A DNA stretch of 64,000 nucleotides, taken from assembly GCF_009834535.1 (NCBI RefSeq), contig NC_045696.1, positions 56,544,001-56,608,000 of the forward strand, given 5' to 3'. Numbering within the stretch: the stretch's first letter is position 1; the number at the start of each line of letters is the position of its first letter. The DNA comes from Camelus ferus. Taxonomy: Eukaryota. This document shows positions 1 through 13,914 of the stretch, piece by piece. The position numbers and the translations under genes are program-made. Below the pieces are notes generated by a model that was given only the letters and a program-made list of their open reading frames with translations, searched no databases and was not told where the DNA came from.

Positions 1-1019
1 GAATTTACTACATCCAACATTTTAGCAAAGAATGTCTGGCCTTGAATGTCTGGCCTCTGCTCAAAACACATCCCAATCCCATTTTCCCCTCTCTTCCCAT
101 CCCCCAGGAAAGGAAATTGAGAAACCCCAAACAAACTCACACCTGAAGTGGATATCCTTGTGCTGGGGTTTTCTTTGATCATTAGCCAGCCCTTGGTGCC
201 ATGCAGAAAATTACTCTTCTGTTGAACGTGATACTGACACCAATTAATGCATAAAGCGAAAGGCTTTACCCTTAAAATAAATAGCTAAACCAGGAAGTCT
301 GTTTCTCTGTATGTGGCTGTTGGCAAGGCCAAGGCCACACAGGATAAGAAAGGAAAGAAAATAGAAAATGCCAAGGAGAGAAAGAAGACTAGAGGAGGGG
401 GTGGGGGGGAACAAAGCACAATGAACAGATTCCTGAAAGATCCTTAGGGCTCTAAGGAGAAGCCAGGTGAATTTCCTGCTTCTGATGTAGACCTCAGCCT
501 GCCCCAATTAACTTAGCATTGTAGTTATAGCATATGTTGAAGACCCAAGCATGAGAATGCCCTTGGAAAAGTGAAGCTGAGTGTTCTGAGCATTTGTGAA
601 TTCTGCCTCCATTCCAAAGCAGGTTTTGTGAGCTGGGCTGGGCCACCCAGAAGCCACCTCTGGGTCCTCCCGACAGGGACCCTGACAGTGAAGGGAACTC
701 CTGTATGTCTGAGTCTGGGCTCAGTGTGGGCATCTGGAATTCTGCTTCAAAAGCTTTAGTTGCTCTAATAGTAATTCCACACGTGTCAATTTCACACAAA
801 AGTTTGAGTGATCCAGGCATCCTGGTGAGTCACCAGTACTCTTTTTAAGTGCGTCATCCATTTTATTTTTCTCTGTTGCAAATGATATGCCATAAACTTG
901 GGTCCTTCTCCATCACTGAAAATATGCTTAGTTAGCCTAACCCTGACAGAAACTAGTAGGATATACCAGTCATGGAATTTGAGAAGAAAAAATAATTCTT
1001 ATTTTTGGAGTAAGATAGG

Positions 1020-1045
1020 GAATGAATGAATGAATGAATGAATGA
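1020..1045. repeat. (GAAT)n microsatellite
   Basis: About 6 tandem GAAT units. Confidence 0.95.
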
Positions 1046-4000
1046 CATACACTTATTAAGTAAATGTTTATTAACAAGCAAACTTTACAACCACAAAAAT
1101 AAGCACTCATCTGTATCCCTAGGCTAGAAAGAAACTGAGACAGTATAACAGAAGTTAAAGTACCAAACTAGATTAAACACAACAATCAAACTAACATATG
1201 ATTAATAACATACATGATTCTCTTCATTAGTTTTTGTGAGGCGAGTGTATTTGAGCTTTAGGTAGACAGTCATACTCTTCAAGTAGTGAGACCTAAGTCA
1301 ATTAAGTAGTAAAATGTATGTGTGTGTATGTGTATATAGTCTACCCTGGAGCACAGTCAATGTGAAGTCAGTTCTGACACTGTACAAGTGGCCTTGTTAG
1401 GAAAGCCACAGACAACATTGGGCTAGCCCCCCATTCAGGACCAACAGTCAGCACAATTTAGCATACTGGGATTGTCTAGTGGGATTCGGGAGCTTGAGTG
1501 CAGTTCAGGTACCAAGCATTTAAGCAGGACTGAAACACATGCATTGGCCTCTGCTTCCTTACTGTGTTCATCCTCTCAAGACACTTGATTTAAACACTGA
1601 AGTCAAGGCCAAAGAGCAGTGCCCTCAGCTGTAACAAGAGCCCTGAACTGATTTAGAGAGAAGGCATGGGGACCAGGGCAAGAACTTCACCAATTCCTGT
1701 TGAAGAAACCCAGGATCCTGGTCATGGGCCAGGCAACATGGTAAGAAGGCAAGAAGGGTTCCGGAAAACATTAGGGTTCGTGCAATATTTTCAGACAACT
1801 ATTTCTGTAAGCTGTTTCAATACTGCATCATTATTTTTAAAAGAAAATGTGAACATTTATACAAAGGTTAGAACAAAGTTTTCGTTTTTCAGTAGGTTCA
1901 ATAAAAGTTCAAACTGCACACTGTGGAATTTTGGTTTTCTTTTTTTTTTTTTTAAAGATTCCTTGCCCAACCCCAAGAGGACCCAGCATCCTTCTTTATT
2001 ATTATTATTTTTTGCCCGGTGTTGTGGAGTAGCTGCTTTCTAAAGTGGAAAATCAAGTGATTTCTTTCTGTAGAATAAATAGCAATTGGGATTCCTGGGC
2101 AGGAAGAGTGTTTGGGTGCTACATGATGTACTGTTTATATTTCACTCCATACACGCAGGAGCAAGTAAGGGGCACAAAATGCCTCCTGCTTTTACTCATT
2201 CTCTTCTCCCGCTCCTGAGTCAGCTTCTCTTTCAAACTGCTCTTTCTTGGGCCATCAATTAAGACAAGAGTTAATCAAATATCCTGACTCCATAAGTAGG
2301 ATACTCTGACAATCCAACCTAAAATGTCTGCCTCCTTTTATATGGATAGGATTTCAGAACTGGGTTTGAGAGCTCACCTACTCTAACCCTCATATTTTGC
2401 AGATGAGGGGTCCAGTGACTTGCCCAAGTTCACTCCACCATGGACAGCATGAGGCTCATTACCTGGGTGCACTGCCTGTCCTGGGTTTGCTCCAGCCCAT
2501 CTCTTGCCAATAAACGGAGGCTTGTTGGAAGCCAGCTCACCTCAGGGACCTCTGTAAACTCAGCCATAGCTTCAGCCAGCACAACTGGTATTTTCTCAAC
2601 TCTGAACCTCTCAAGACAGCTGAATCCTAACAGTATTATAAATTCATTCACCTGCTTCTTCTATGTGTGGCTCATGCCAGTCCCCTGAGACAGTTTAAGG
2701 CTAACTAAGAAAACGGAGGCGAGGAAGAGGGGACGAGTGAGGAGAGGCAACCAAAGTCAGAGCTGCAGAACTGTGCAGATTGTGCTGAAAAGGCTCATTG
2801 CCAAGCAGACACTGTCTAGACTTTAACTGGCCTCTCCAGAGAGGGGTGTGGGGAGGAGGGGGAGCAAGGCCGGAAAGCCTGCTTGCTTTTTGTTCAGCTA
2901 ATGCAAACACATGACACAACCTCTGACAGGCTCCAGGCTGGGAGTTCACTCTGTCTAAGATGTTTCTTCCTTGGGGCTGGAATTCAGCTGTGGGCTGAAG
3001 GAAGTTGTGCTAATCCAGCAATCAGGGGGAAGCTAGGAATGTGTTTCTCAAGTCCTGGGGAATCAGAGTTCCCAAACTAGACTGAGTTGGGCAAGAGCCA
3101 AAAGTGGCACATTTTTGGTTGCAAAAGAACAGATTTTTAAAATTTCCATTTGTATCATTTTAGGTAATCCATGAGGAAAATCCATAATAATACAGAACTG
3201 CCTTTTGATGGAGGCCTGTTATGAAAGCTTTCTAAGACTCTGAATGATATCAATTTACAAAATGTACAGAGGAGAAATGGCCACTATAGTCCAATAAGTC
3301 ATCTTCCATTTCTGAAAGAAAATGGTGGGTCTGGGGAGCTCTGCACATTAGTTAGGAAAAAGATGGCCCCCCTCTGGGAGGGCAGACAAGCCCCAGGACA
3401 GGGCACAGAGACTGGTAAGCAGAGTGTAGGATGAAGTCAGCCTAATTTGCCCCCTTGGCCAGCCACTCTTGTACAGTGGACAATCTGAACAACCATACCC
3501 AGACTCTCAGCTGGAGTCTTAGAGCTCTCTTGCAATTTGGTCCTATTTGATGTGGAACAGTTTGAATACATGTCAAGGACAAAGACTGCTTTAAAGCATC
3601 TCCTGAGTTACTGACCATCATGCAGCAGGTGCTCTGATGGAACAACTACACTTCAGTGTGAGTCAAAGATGCACCTGGACCTGAACCTGTTTGAGGCCAT
3701 GCCCGTGTCGACACAGCCAGAATGATCCAGGCACTTGCAGCTGATAGACCATGAAGTTAAATAACAGAGCCTGTGCAGTTGTTTTTAAGTCCATGTTACC
3801 TAGAGAAAGGGTTTTTGCTTTGTTTTCAAAGTCACTTTCAGAAATAAGACTCAGTGGACCTTAAGCAGTCTTGAACACAAGGCATTTTGAGTTGAGAGTT
3901 GAAGTCTTGGGTTTGCATCCTGGCTTTACTATTTACTAGGTGACCTTTTTGGGGGTAACTAACTGGATCCTCTGAGCCATTTTTTTTTTTTAACTGATAA

Positions 4001-5429
4001 ATAAAGATTAGAGGAACTGCAGTGTCAGGTTGTGAGAATTGGATAAGACAAGGCCCTTTTCCTCTCCTCCCCTCTGTTGTCGGGCTACCACCACTCATAT
4101 CTGGGGCTCAGCTTGGGGGCACTCTCTCTCAGAGGCCTTCCCACAACCCCAGTGCTGGGTTAGGTTGTCAGCCGTGTCCCAGCACTTACCATGCCAGATC
4201 ATTCTGAGCCCTTACCCTACCTGCCTCTCCCACTGGACCCCTGGGGACAAGATCTGTGTCCTAGTCACCAGCACTAACTCAGTGCCTGGCAGAGAACAAG
4301 TTTGCGATACTTTTTACTTTCCCTCCTTGAGTTTACTTTGAGAAATGTTGCTTTGTCCCAGATGGGTGAAGCAAAATAATGCATCAAGACTTTGTGCAGC
4401 TTTCTCACTGCATGAAATTTGAACTTGAGCTCCTAATGCAGCCCAAACACTCCAGGATGACGTCTCTGTAAAGGTGGAGGAGGGAGATGAGAAAGAAAAG
4501 GGGAGACAAGAAGATAGAGGGGAAAGATGAAGAGAGCAACACGAGGAGCAATGAAGAGACCCAGCTCTGGGGCCTGGGAATGGGTGGCCACATGAGGCTG
4601 CAGTCAGGGCTGGCTGCCAGACACAGCAGTGCCCAGCAGAGGACTCAAGTTTGTGTGCAAAACACCTGAAGCGTTGCCTTGGTTCCCAAGCAGATAAATC
4701 AGCCTGCTGCAGGAATACTTCCTACCCTGTCTTTGAGAAAAAGTATTTATTTTTCAGACAGTGAAAGCAAAGGGTTCTATTCCTTTGCCCGACCTGGTTA
4801 TTTTCTAAACTCCAAATTTAGAATCCGTGGCCCGGGAACAGGCCGTGCTATGGGGGCTATAGCAAGAACATATGAAAATGACTATCCCACAAAAAATCCA
4901 AGATATCTGGTGGCTACTTCCATGTGTAAAAAGGGCGGGGGGGGGGGCACGACGACACAGGAGAACAACTGAATCTGGAGAAGTTCCAGAGGAGTTTTAC
5001 CACCTCTCTTTTTTGCCTTTTCTCACTCTTCTTCCCTTTCCAGTTCTCTGCCTGGCTCACTCAGTCCTTAGGGAGAAACTCTGCTGGCTTACACAGTCCA
5101 CTGCTGCGCTCGGGAGGTCTCAATGAGTCCTTAATTCTTTTCCTGGAGGAATGATAGAGTTGTGGCTTCACAGAGGAAATGCTGGAGGGCAAGACTGGCT
5201 CAGTAGAGGCAAGGGTTCTGATATGAATTCTGGGCATCAAAGTATCCAATGAAATAAATATTCTACTTGTCTTTTAAAAGGTGATCTTTAATCCCTGGAG
5301 AGAGTGAAAGAGGCAAGGGGAGTTCTGCCAGCCATAAGCAATGCAAGTGTGCGTACGCACACATGCACGCACACACACACACCATAGCTTTTGGAGCTCT
5401 TCCAATAAATAGAGATGCCGCAAGAATGT

Positions 5430-5683
5430 AATAACAGCTAACATTTACTGCACTCCATGTGTCAAATCACTCTTTTAACTGCTTTACATGGAATAGCTTA
5501 TTTGATTCTCATGGCTAACCTATAGGGTAAACATTCCATACTAAGCCTATTTTATAGGTGAGGAAACAGACCAGAGAGGTTAAGTAACTTCCCCAAGATC
5601 ACAGGGCTAATAAGGGCCATGCTAGTATTTAAAATCAGGTAATCTAGCTTCAAGGCCTGGGCGCTAAACCATTATGCTATACT
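5430..5683 (-). mobile_element. MIR SINE, near full length
   Basis: aataacagctaacatttac...tttataggtgaggaaacaga...gaggttaagtaacttccccaagatcacag matches the MIR core. Confidence 0.85.
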
Positions 5684-5949
5684 TCCTCTCAAAGATAAAT
5701 TCGTCAACAGATAACCACCTGAGCCAGCACACAGGATGTACAAATACAGACAATGCCTAGAGAATGTTAATGTGTAAACTGAGAATTCTCTTGTTGAGAT
5801 CATTACAGAGTCAAAAACATTCTTTGCCAGTGCCCAGTAGGCACCGGTAAGAGGCACTTCATTTCTTCAGGTGTTTGGTGTTGACTGTGCCATGAGCAGA
5901 AGAAACATTTTCCATTATCTAATTGGACTGTCAGGCAAGAGAGATGGCC

Positions 5950-6075
5950 ATTATTCCCATTTTACAAATGAGGAGAGTGAGCTCAGGGAGGTTAAGTAAC
6001 TTGCTCAAGGGTTCACAGCTAGACAAGGCGAGAATTCAAACCTGGTTCACTACCTCTAAGCCCTTGCCCTTAACT
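5950..6075 (-). mobile_element. MIR SINE core
   Basis: cccattttacaaatgaggag...gaggttaagtaacttgctcaagg. Confidence 0.8.
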
Positions 6076-8439
6076 GAGGCTGCAAGCCAGAGACATTAAT
6101 TGGCTTTAAAAAGGTTAACATCAACCAGAAAGGGGCAGAGTGGGACTTCTAAGTCAAGGACTCTTTCATTATTTTATAATGTTCTTCTTAATAATAAGAA
6201 GGTTCTGTAACAGGGTCCATGTAAAAGATAAGACTTGAAACACCCAGATGTGAGAACAAGAGAGACTGGAGAAAGGGATTCAGGGGAAGGCTTGAGTGAC
6301 ACGAAAGTGGGGAGTAAGAGACAAACGCCAGCATTCTTGGAACTGGAACAATTTCAGATGAGGTTCCACGCAAACAGCTGCCACCTACTGGACAGACTGG
6401 TCAAGTGGTCAAGGTGAACAGGCTGAAAATGACCCCAGCAGCTCAAGTGGAGCCTCTCAAATTCTGAGAAGACATCTGTCCCACAGTGCATCGCAGGGAC
6501 TTCTGCACTAGTGGCAAGGAAGTGGGTGGGCAAGGAAGAGGGTGGTAATTTTTGTGAATGCTGTAGATCTGGCCCCCTAATGGCCAGGTCCATTTGAGCT
6601 GGACAGATGCTACAGTGGTAGCAGCTCCTTCAGAATAGGGACCTGTACGGTATTGCCTTTTGGTTCCATACTGTTCTTAATAGCAGCGTAAGTGCAGAGT
6701 GACTGGCATAGCACCTGGCACTGCTGTAAGAGATCAATAAGATATATTCACTTACTATCATTGAAGGACAGAATGACAGACTGTGGGGAAAAAGACAAAT
6801 TTTGCCTCAGACACAAGATTTTAAATCTTGAAAACAACAAAAAGTAAAAAGGGACATATTCCCTACCTCAAGCCAATTCAACCTAATATCCCATGCCACA
6901 TATATGTATAAACCTGGGTCTGCAACATGTCATGCTTTTGCCATGTGTTACATGACTTGTTTTGGCAACAGCTTAGTTGGTCACAAAGTGTCTGGATTAT
7001 ATAGGAAACATTTTAAAGGTCATAAATTCAGACAATCCTGGGAATACCTTATTGGTGATGGCTTCCAAATGAGCACATAAAAACTCAATGAAGAGATTAC
7101 ATGGAAATCCTCCAACCACAGCAGAAAATGCAGATTTACAGGAGACATTTTGTATTCCAGCTACCCAAAGAGCTTTCCATTAGCAGGTTATTGCCAGATG
7201 GCTGCTGATGCAGACGCGATTATCTATGACAGCAGCAGCTCTTAGAGCCTCAGCAAGAGTAACTCTTCACGCCATCAAAAGAGCCAAGAAAATTCTCATA
7301 CTTTTATGATGGCCAGCATTAGAGAGTTTGGCTTACTTTTTAAGGTGTTTGAATTCATCTGAAGAACTTAGAGAACTTGGACGCTTGAGCCAGTTACCAA
7401 GTGTTTTCTTGATATTTTCATCCATTTCCTACTCTAGTTCTATCACCTGTTTCCCCACATTGTCTTTGTTTCACATAGTCCCGAACTCTGCCATCTAATT
7501 GTCTTAATTTTGGCTAAAGATATACCAAACGTTTGATCAAATTGGATTGACTTTTCCAGCAGAAAAGGCAAATGTTTTTTACCTCACACACACTAACTGG
7601 TTGCCAGTGGCTACCTAGAACCTTGCTGAGAAGGATTTTCTAACCTCCTCCAGGATGAGAAGGAAGAAATTCTATGATTGATTAGCAATGCTATCATGGG
7701 TAAGGGAGAGGGTAGTTGTGACGTGCATGCCATGTTTGTTCCTGCAGGCAATTTATTTCAGTGTTGGGAGGTACTAATTTTCATTGCCTGCAGTATCTAG
7801 TAGGCACACAACATACATCTGTTAATTGATTTTGATAATTTCTCTGAAAGGAGGGAAGAAGGGCTAGTTTATCTTTAGGTAGTGGAATTATGGGTAATTT
7901 TATTTTTTGCTCTCATTTTTTCTACATTCTCTAAGCTTTTTAATTCCACATTCTATCAGAAAATAACACTTTTTATTTAGATAAAATAGCATCTATTAGG
8001 ATAGATCCTCTTGAAAAAGGTGAGGTGTCACAAGAATCCTCATGATGGATTTTAAGACATTTTGTCATACTTCTTTATAAATTTTTACAGTTATGGGGAT
8101 AGGGCATTAGAGTGGTGGTGGAAGGTTCTGCTTTTTAAATTGAATCATAATCATTTGCCAGAGCTTTAAATTTTTTGTAAGCATATTTTTAGTGGCATAT
8201 ATTGCTGCTAACTTTAACTCTTTCATTGTTAGATATATAGGTTTTGTTTTTAGCTTTCATAAATAACATGACAGACATCTTATGTAGAGTTCCCTTAAAA
8301 ATAATAATGACGAGGGCAAAGTGGTCAAATAGAATTATTCGAGTTTCTTTCCTTGATTTAGTTTCTCAATGTGGATTACATTGAGTCCTGTAATATCCAT
8401 CTGTGAAACAGTAAAGTCATCTTCCCCAAAGCTGATCCA

Positions 8440-8830
8440 AAGTTTGCTAAAATGAATTCATGTCAATAAAGACTGAATTAAATTATGTTTGTTATGTTTT
8501 TGTAGCTAACAAGGGAAACAATTTTCTACTGCAAGCACTGTTAACTACAAGTTAAAATGCTTAAAATAATATCCAAATTTCAAGTCTCATACAGTGAGGG
8601 TTCATTTATCTTTTCATTAATTATTAACAGTTCACTATTGTTAAAGCATGAATTAAAAGCTTGCCAAATGTTAGGGCCAGACATCAAGAGATTGGACTAG
8701 TTAAATGATAGTGATCTTCAAGTGATGAAATGTAACTTTGGTTATATCTGTTCCTCACTTTTTCAATTGTAACTGTTTCCACACACACCCTGAGTTCATA
8801 GCCTTCTTACTGCACCAACTTCCTCTGTCT
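8440..8830 (+). repeat. Copy A of a diverged ~390-bp direct duplication
   Basis: Collinear with 11535-11880; shared blocks include ttctactgcaagcac, ttaaaatgctt, agggccag and ccctgagtt(c/t)atagccttctt(a/t)ctgcaccaact. Confidence 0.88.
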
Positions 8831-11067
8831 TGACTGGGTGGTGGCTACACGGGTATATCCAAATGTAAAGGCTCACCAGGCTATACATTAAAGATTTGTG
8901 TTTTGTACTAATGTAAAAGAACTTTAAAAATCAAGGGAAGTCCTATGTTAATGTAAAAAAAAAAGCAATAATAATACATGTTCATTATATAGCTATAATA
9001 TTATACATTATAGCTGCCACAGTTTAAATCTAACGGCCCACTGTTAGATTGTAAGCAACCTGAGGGCAGAGACCATGTCTTGCACTTCATCCATGACTCT
9101 GCCCTGTGTGTAGGGCATGCTCAGCCTGAAGCAGGGAATACTGTCTGATGGGCACCATGAAGGGAAGGCCCATGCTGTTATTAACTCATTCCTGGAGAAA
9201 ACACCCCATGCCAAAGTCACAGGCGACAGAAAACAGAGCACCTTAGAGAAGGCATGCATTTGACCTGCAGGACATCAGTCACCTAGTTTATGAAATGAAC
9301 GCATCTAAGTGTAAGTCATTTTTCAATTCTATGATATCTGGTATCCTTAAGCTAATACTATTTGTGGCTACTAGAAATTTCTTACTATGTCCAATTATTT
9401 GAAGAGGAGTAGGAAAAAGATACCGTGACATTTTCAATCCTCTATGTGTGACCACTGGCATTTACAGCTCATTCTTTACTTTCTCTGTTCTCCTGGAAAC
9501 ATGATTCTTCCTGTCTCACTGACTTTGAAGACTTTACTTTCTTCTTTGGTACATTACATCCATAGCAGCCCATGCCCCCATCTCACAGCTCCTTCCAAAC
9601 TTATTCCTCTGAGCCTGGGGACGGACTCCTGCTTTCCATTACCAGATTCAGAGACTTCTATGGGAATTGTGACATGCCCCCTTCTAAAGACATTTTCAAT
9701 ATCCAGGACCTCAATTTGCAGGGTGCTTGTCCATCTGTTTTGGCTATTCAGCAGAGTCTCTGCTATGTTTTAACACCCCAATTTCTAATAATGGTCTCCA
9801 GAATCACAGCAAGGAGTTTATTTGCCAAAGGATAAACAAACAGGTTATTTTAGTGGTTAATGTATAAGATGGATATTAAAATTTCAGTTATGTTGTAGCT
9901 TCAAGAAGCAGTCAGAGGATGTGGGGAAAACCAAGGGGAAATGTGGGGGAAAATCGCACTCTAGGCCTGCCTGAATTCACTATTAGAATAATTCTAAAGA
10001 ATACAGAGGAGATCCCACATCGGCCAATAATACCCTAGTGGTTGATTAACTGTACGTTGATAATAGGGTATAAATGAGGTTAAGAAATCTGGCTTCAGAA
10101 GGACAATGCCTTAATAATCTTCTTGCCCATTTGTATAATCGTTATAGTTTTTGCTACTATTATCTTAAATGAGGCACTCACAGTTTGTGGGTTAAGTATT
10201 CCCTTACTGGAATGAGTGCTCTGATTTGTGAATCAGTCTCCTGTACGTGTAACTTATCATGATGAATTTATAGACTTGGAATGTTGGAAATCAGAGTGCC
10301 AGCAGAGACAACTGCCAAGGGAGAGTGGGTGTGCTTGGGCACTTGCCAAGGCTGTCTTTTGGAAGCAGGCAGTTGGGCTACAGGGTCCCCTCCAGCCTGC
10401 AGTGTTAGTGTAGACTCAGACTCACCTACTGAGACTCAAAGGCACATGCACTAAAGCCTGGGTTCTCAACCTCTCCCAGCCTCCATTATCCACACCTCTC
10501 AGTGAACAGCAGTAATTCTCAATGGGAGGGGGATGGGTGAGGGAGACCGAGCAGGCCCACAAAGCCTCCTTCCAATACAATCTGAGAAGAGGTGGCTTGC
10601 TCTGCTGTTGCCACCCGCCACCCGCCCCATTTCTCATCCATACCAGATGTTAATATATGCTCATTAAGAGACATGTGCCAACTCCCCCTTTCAAGCAGAG
10701 ACTCTAAAGTGAACATGGGTGTGAGCTCAGGTGGATGGGGCAGAGTTTTGAAGGAGCTGCCTGAAGTATTAAGACCAAAAGAAAGAAAGATAGGAAGCAA
10801 TCAAAAAAGCAACTCTGAGGTGCCAAGTAAGTAAGAGACCATGGAGAACTTTCAAAATATAACACTTTCCTTAATATGATTTAATAGTTTCTCGAATCTA
10901 ACCAACAGAATCTAACCAAACAAACTGGCATTAATAATGACAACAACCACCTTTTCTCAAGCTTGGGACACCTCTGATTCTGAAGGTCTAGTATTCCAAA
11001 GGCTTGCCTTCTTCAGAGATCAACATAATTTGTTGTGCAATCACATTCTTTTAAAATATGCTGAATT

Positions 11068-11422
11068 AGAGGGAGGGAGGAATGAATAGATGGAGCACAA
11101 GNNNNNNNNNNNNNNNNNNNNNNNNNNNNNNNNNNNNNNNNNNNNNNNNNNNNNNNNNNNNNNNNNNNNNNNNNNNNNNNNNNNNNNNNNNNNNNNNNNN
11201 NNNNNNNNNNNNNNNNNNNNNNNNNNNNNNNNNNNNNNNNNNNNNNNNNNNNNNNNATTGATTATACCAAATATGCCACACTGATGAGGGATATTGAGGG
11301 TAGGGGAGTATATATGTGTGGGTGGGGAGGGCTATGTGTGAACACTCTGTATTTTCTGCTCAATTCTGTTGTGAACCTGAAACTGCTCTAAAAGAATAAA
11401 ATCTATTAAAAAATAGTAATAA
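11068..11422 (+). mobile_element. 5'-truncated L1MB-like LINE 3' end with 16-bp TSD, containing an assembly gap
   Basis: L1M 3' UTR text (ctcaattctgttgtgaacctgaaactgctctaaaagaataaa). TSD taaaata(t/c)gctgaatt at 11052-11067 and 11423-11438; TTTT/AAAA endonuclease-type site. Confidence 0.85.
11102..11256. other. Assembly gap (155 N)
   Basis: Run of N. Confidence 1.
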
Positions 11423-11534
11423 TAAAATACGCTGAATTGAATCCTTGTGCTTCTATGAAACCAAAAAAGTACCAAGAAAACTGTTTTTTAAATTTCATTT
11501 TGAAAGCTCAACCATATTTGTATAATTTTAGTTC

Positions 11535-11880
11535 TAACGTCTACTAAAGTGAAGTCCAATTAATAAAGACAGTATCATTGTTTGCCTTTGTTTGCTATAT
11601 GTTGTTATAGGTAACAAGGAAAAAAATTTCTACTGCAAGCACCATTAACTACACAATAAAATGCTTTAAAGTAATACTCAAATTTTAGGGCTAATTTACC
11701 CTTTCACTAATAATTAAAATTTTATTATTATTAAAACATGGATTAAAAGTTTACAAAATGTTACCAGGGCCAGGCACCCAGAAATTGGATTGACTAAATG
11801 ATAATCTGGAGTCATAAAATGAAAACTTCCCTTCACATACCCTGAGTTTATAGCCTTCTTTCTGCACCAACTCCCTCGGT
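11535..11880 (+). repeat. Copy B of a diverged ~390-bp direct duplication
   Basis: Collinear with 8440-8830; lacks two insertions present in copy A. Confidence 0.88.
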
Positions 11881-12339
11881 TTTCATGCCTCAGCACTTCT
11901 TGATTTTGCCTCTTTCCCCATGGGTTTTGCCTGGGAATTCTGTCAGTGCTCTCTGCTCTTCCACCTCAAGCAGGAAATTGCTGATGGAGGAACTTCCTAT
12001 GAGGGCTAAGCTTTTCCCTGCAATGCACTGGGGGCAGGGAGTGCACTGCAAACAGCTTGGGAGAACAGATCCCAGACCTCAGGCCACATAGCCTTGTGGC
12101 GAGAGTGAACCAACAGCCACCTCACCCCTCACATTTGTGGTCTAGTTCACAGAGCGATTTCACACACCAGCTAGCTGGCAATTCTTAAGCCTGCAGTAAA
12201 ACCACCCAGGGATTCACCTCATTCATCAGTGGACTGCAGCTTCCTTTTGAGGCCCACAGCAGGGATGGAAGGGTATTTCTTAGCCAGGACAAAATCAGCC
12301 AGTGAAGAGGGATCCTCCCTCAAATACAAGCCCTGGAGT

Positions 12340-12740
12340 TGGAGATGAGCTCCACCAGCGGAGGGAGCTGGGTTCAGATCCTTCTTCAGAAATAACTAGA
12401 TGTGTGACCTTGGGCACTAGGCAGGTTACCTAATCTTCCTAGACCTGTTTCTTCCTCTATAAAATGTGGCTAATAAAACTGACCCTACAAGGTTTGGGAA
12501 GCTTTAAAAGAAATGATGCATGCAGCCCAACCAATGTCTGCTATGTAAGTACACAGCCACTATGAAGTCCTAGTATGAGGCAGTGGTGAAGAGCCTGGTT
12601 AAGAGCCAGACCTGTGTTCAAATCCCACTCCTACCATTTAACAACATAGGATAGACTATGTGACCTTTCTGACTCAGTTTTCGCATCATTCAAATGGAGT
12701 TTTATTACAATACAAAGTAGATACTCAAAAAATATTAGCT
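12340..12740 (+). mobile_element. Two adjacent MIR SINEs
   Basis: gggttcagatcc...tgtgtgaccttgggca...tataaaatg and cctgtgttcaaatcccactcc...ctcagttttcgcatc. Confidence 0.75.
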
Positions 12741-13857
12741 ATTTTTTATTTCATTGCGAGTAAAAACAGATTTTGTTTCCAGTTCAACCAACAATGTAGT
12801 AGTGAATTAAATGAAAGTTCAGTATAAAGTGTATTTTTTTTTAATCGTGAAGGCCTTGCAGGCTTTTATGACTTTTCTGGGCAGCGTCAAGCTGTGATGC
12901 TAAGGGTGGGGCTAAACTGTAATATGAAGAAAAAAATTCAAAGAGGGAGAATAACCACCCACTAGGGAGCTATTTCTTTTGTAATGTACATTCCATTTCT
13001 TCTCCCTCATGCTTTTTAATTCCTTCCACATTTCCTGCCATAATTATCAAATGTTTGGTTTCTGACCTCACTTTTCTGGAGACTAGAGCTCAGGGAATTT
13101 AGAATTGTTTATTTTCTGTCCATAAACCTTTGAGTTAATGGAGGGGCTTGTGTGTAAAGGGTTTGTTGGTTTGTTTGTAGTGTCTCAGGAAGGTCACTGG
13201 AGTTGAAAAGAAAACATTACCAAAAAAGCGCTGAAATACTTTGACTGGAAACGCAGAGCCCTCAAAAGAGCAGAGCAATGGATCGCTCATACTTGCGCAA
13301 CACTAGTTTAAGAAAAAACTGAGATGTTTTAAAGGCCGTTATATGGCTCTGATAATAACACAAAATCCGAGGGCACTTTACAAAGAAAGGGAAAAAATCA
13401 GGGAATCATAATCTCACTTTATAAAAGAGAAAAATATATTCCTCCCCGAAAGAAGAATCTCTTGAGACTGCCCTCCCCCTCGACCGACTCGGAAGGAAAA
13501 AGTCTCCAACTATTCTCAATTTCCTCTTAAGTGAAGGAAAGAACTCAGGAGCCTTTTTGAACTCAGCTCCTGCTCTTGTCGCCGCCTGCGTCCCAATCGG
13601 CCCAGCTCGTCCCCCACCCCCCTCCCTCCATATTAGTCGCGGTGAGGCTCCCGCTTACGGCCCAAACTACTTTTCCCGATTTTAAGGTTTAAGTTTCGTA
13701 AGTAGCATTTCTGCACGGAGCGCCCCCCTCACCCAGCGATGGAAACTCCCAGTCCCACCCGGGGAGAGCATCCCCAGGACGCACGTACCACCCGCGCGAC
13801 GCACAGACCCCAGTGGCCCCGGAGCCTGAGTTCGGACCTCCTCAGAGGCTCACCTAC

Positions 13858-13914
13858 CTCGGCGTGGACCCAGGCGACCGCCACCAGCGCGAGCGCGAGC
13901 CAGCGTGTCCACAT
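13858..13914 (-). CDS. FSTL1: Follistatin-like 1, exon 2 (signal peptide, [19 protein letters not shown])
   Basis: Minus strand reads ctcttccgcag|ATG TGG ACA CGC TGG CTC GCG CTC GCG CTG GTG GCG GTC GCC TGG GTC CAC GCC GAG|gtaggtgag. This is a 57-nt phase-0 exon with canonical AG/GT, and the peptide matches the mammalian FSTL1 N-terminus (human [21 protein letters not shown]). Confidence 0.96.

Larger units (their letters stand above)
1..13857 (-). other. FSTL1: FSTL1 intron 2 (partial; continues beyond window start)
   Basis: Begins with donor gtaggt at 13857. No exon-3 sequence (KSKICANVFCGAGREC...) was found in 1-13857. Confidence 0.8.

Noticed and set aside
6357-6400. PRKQL peptide resembling the histone H3 tail
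   Set aside because: Five-residue match with no flanking similarity.
13717-13745. CTCF-like GGGGGCGCT core (also ~14780)
   Set aside because: The 5' half of the CTCF consensus is missing, and such cores are common in CpG islands.
1-13857. Downstream FSTL1 exons or miR-198
   Set aside because: No follistatin/Kazal-domain coding sequence was found; these lie beyond the window, and miR-198 is a primate 3' UTR feature.
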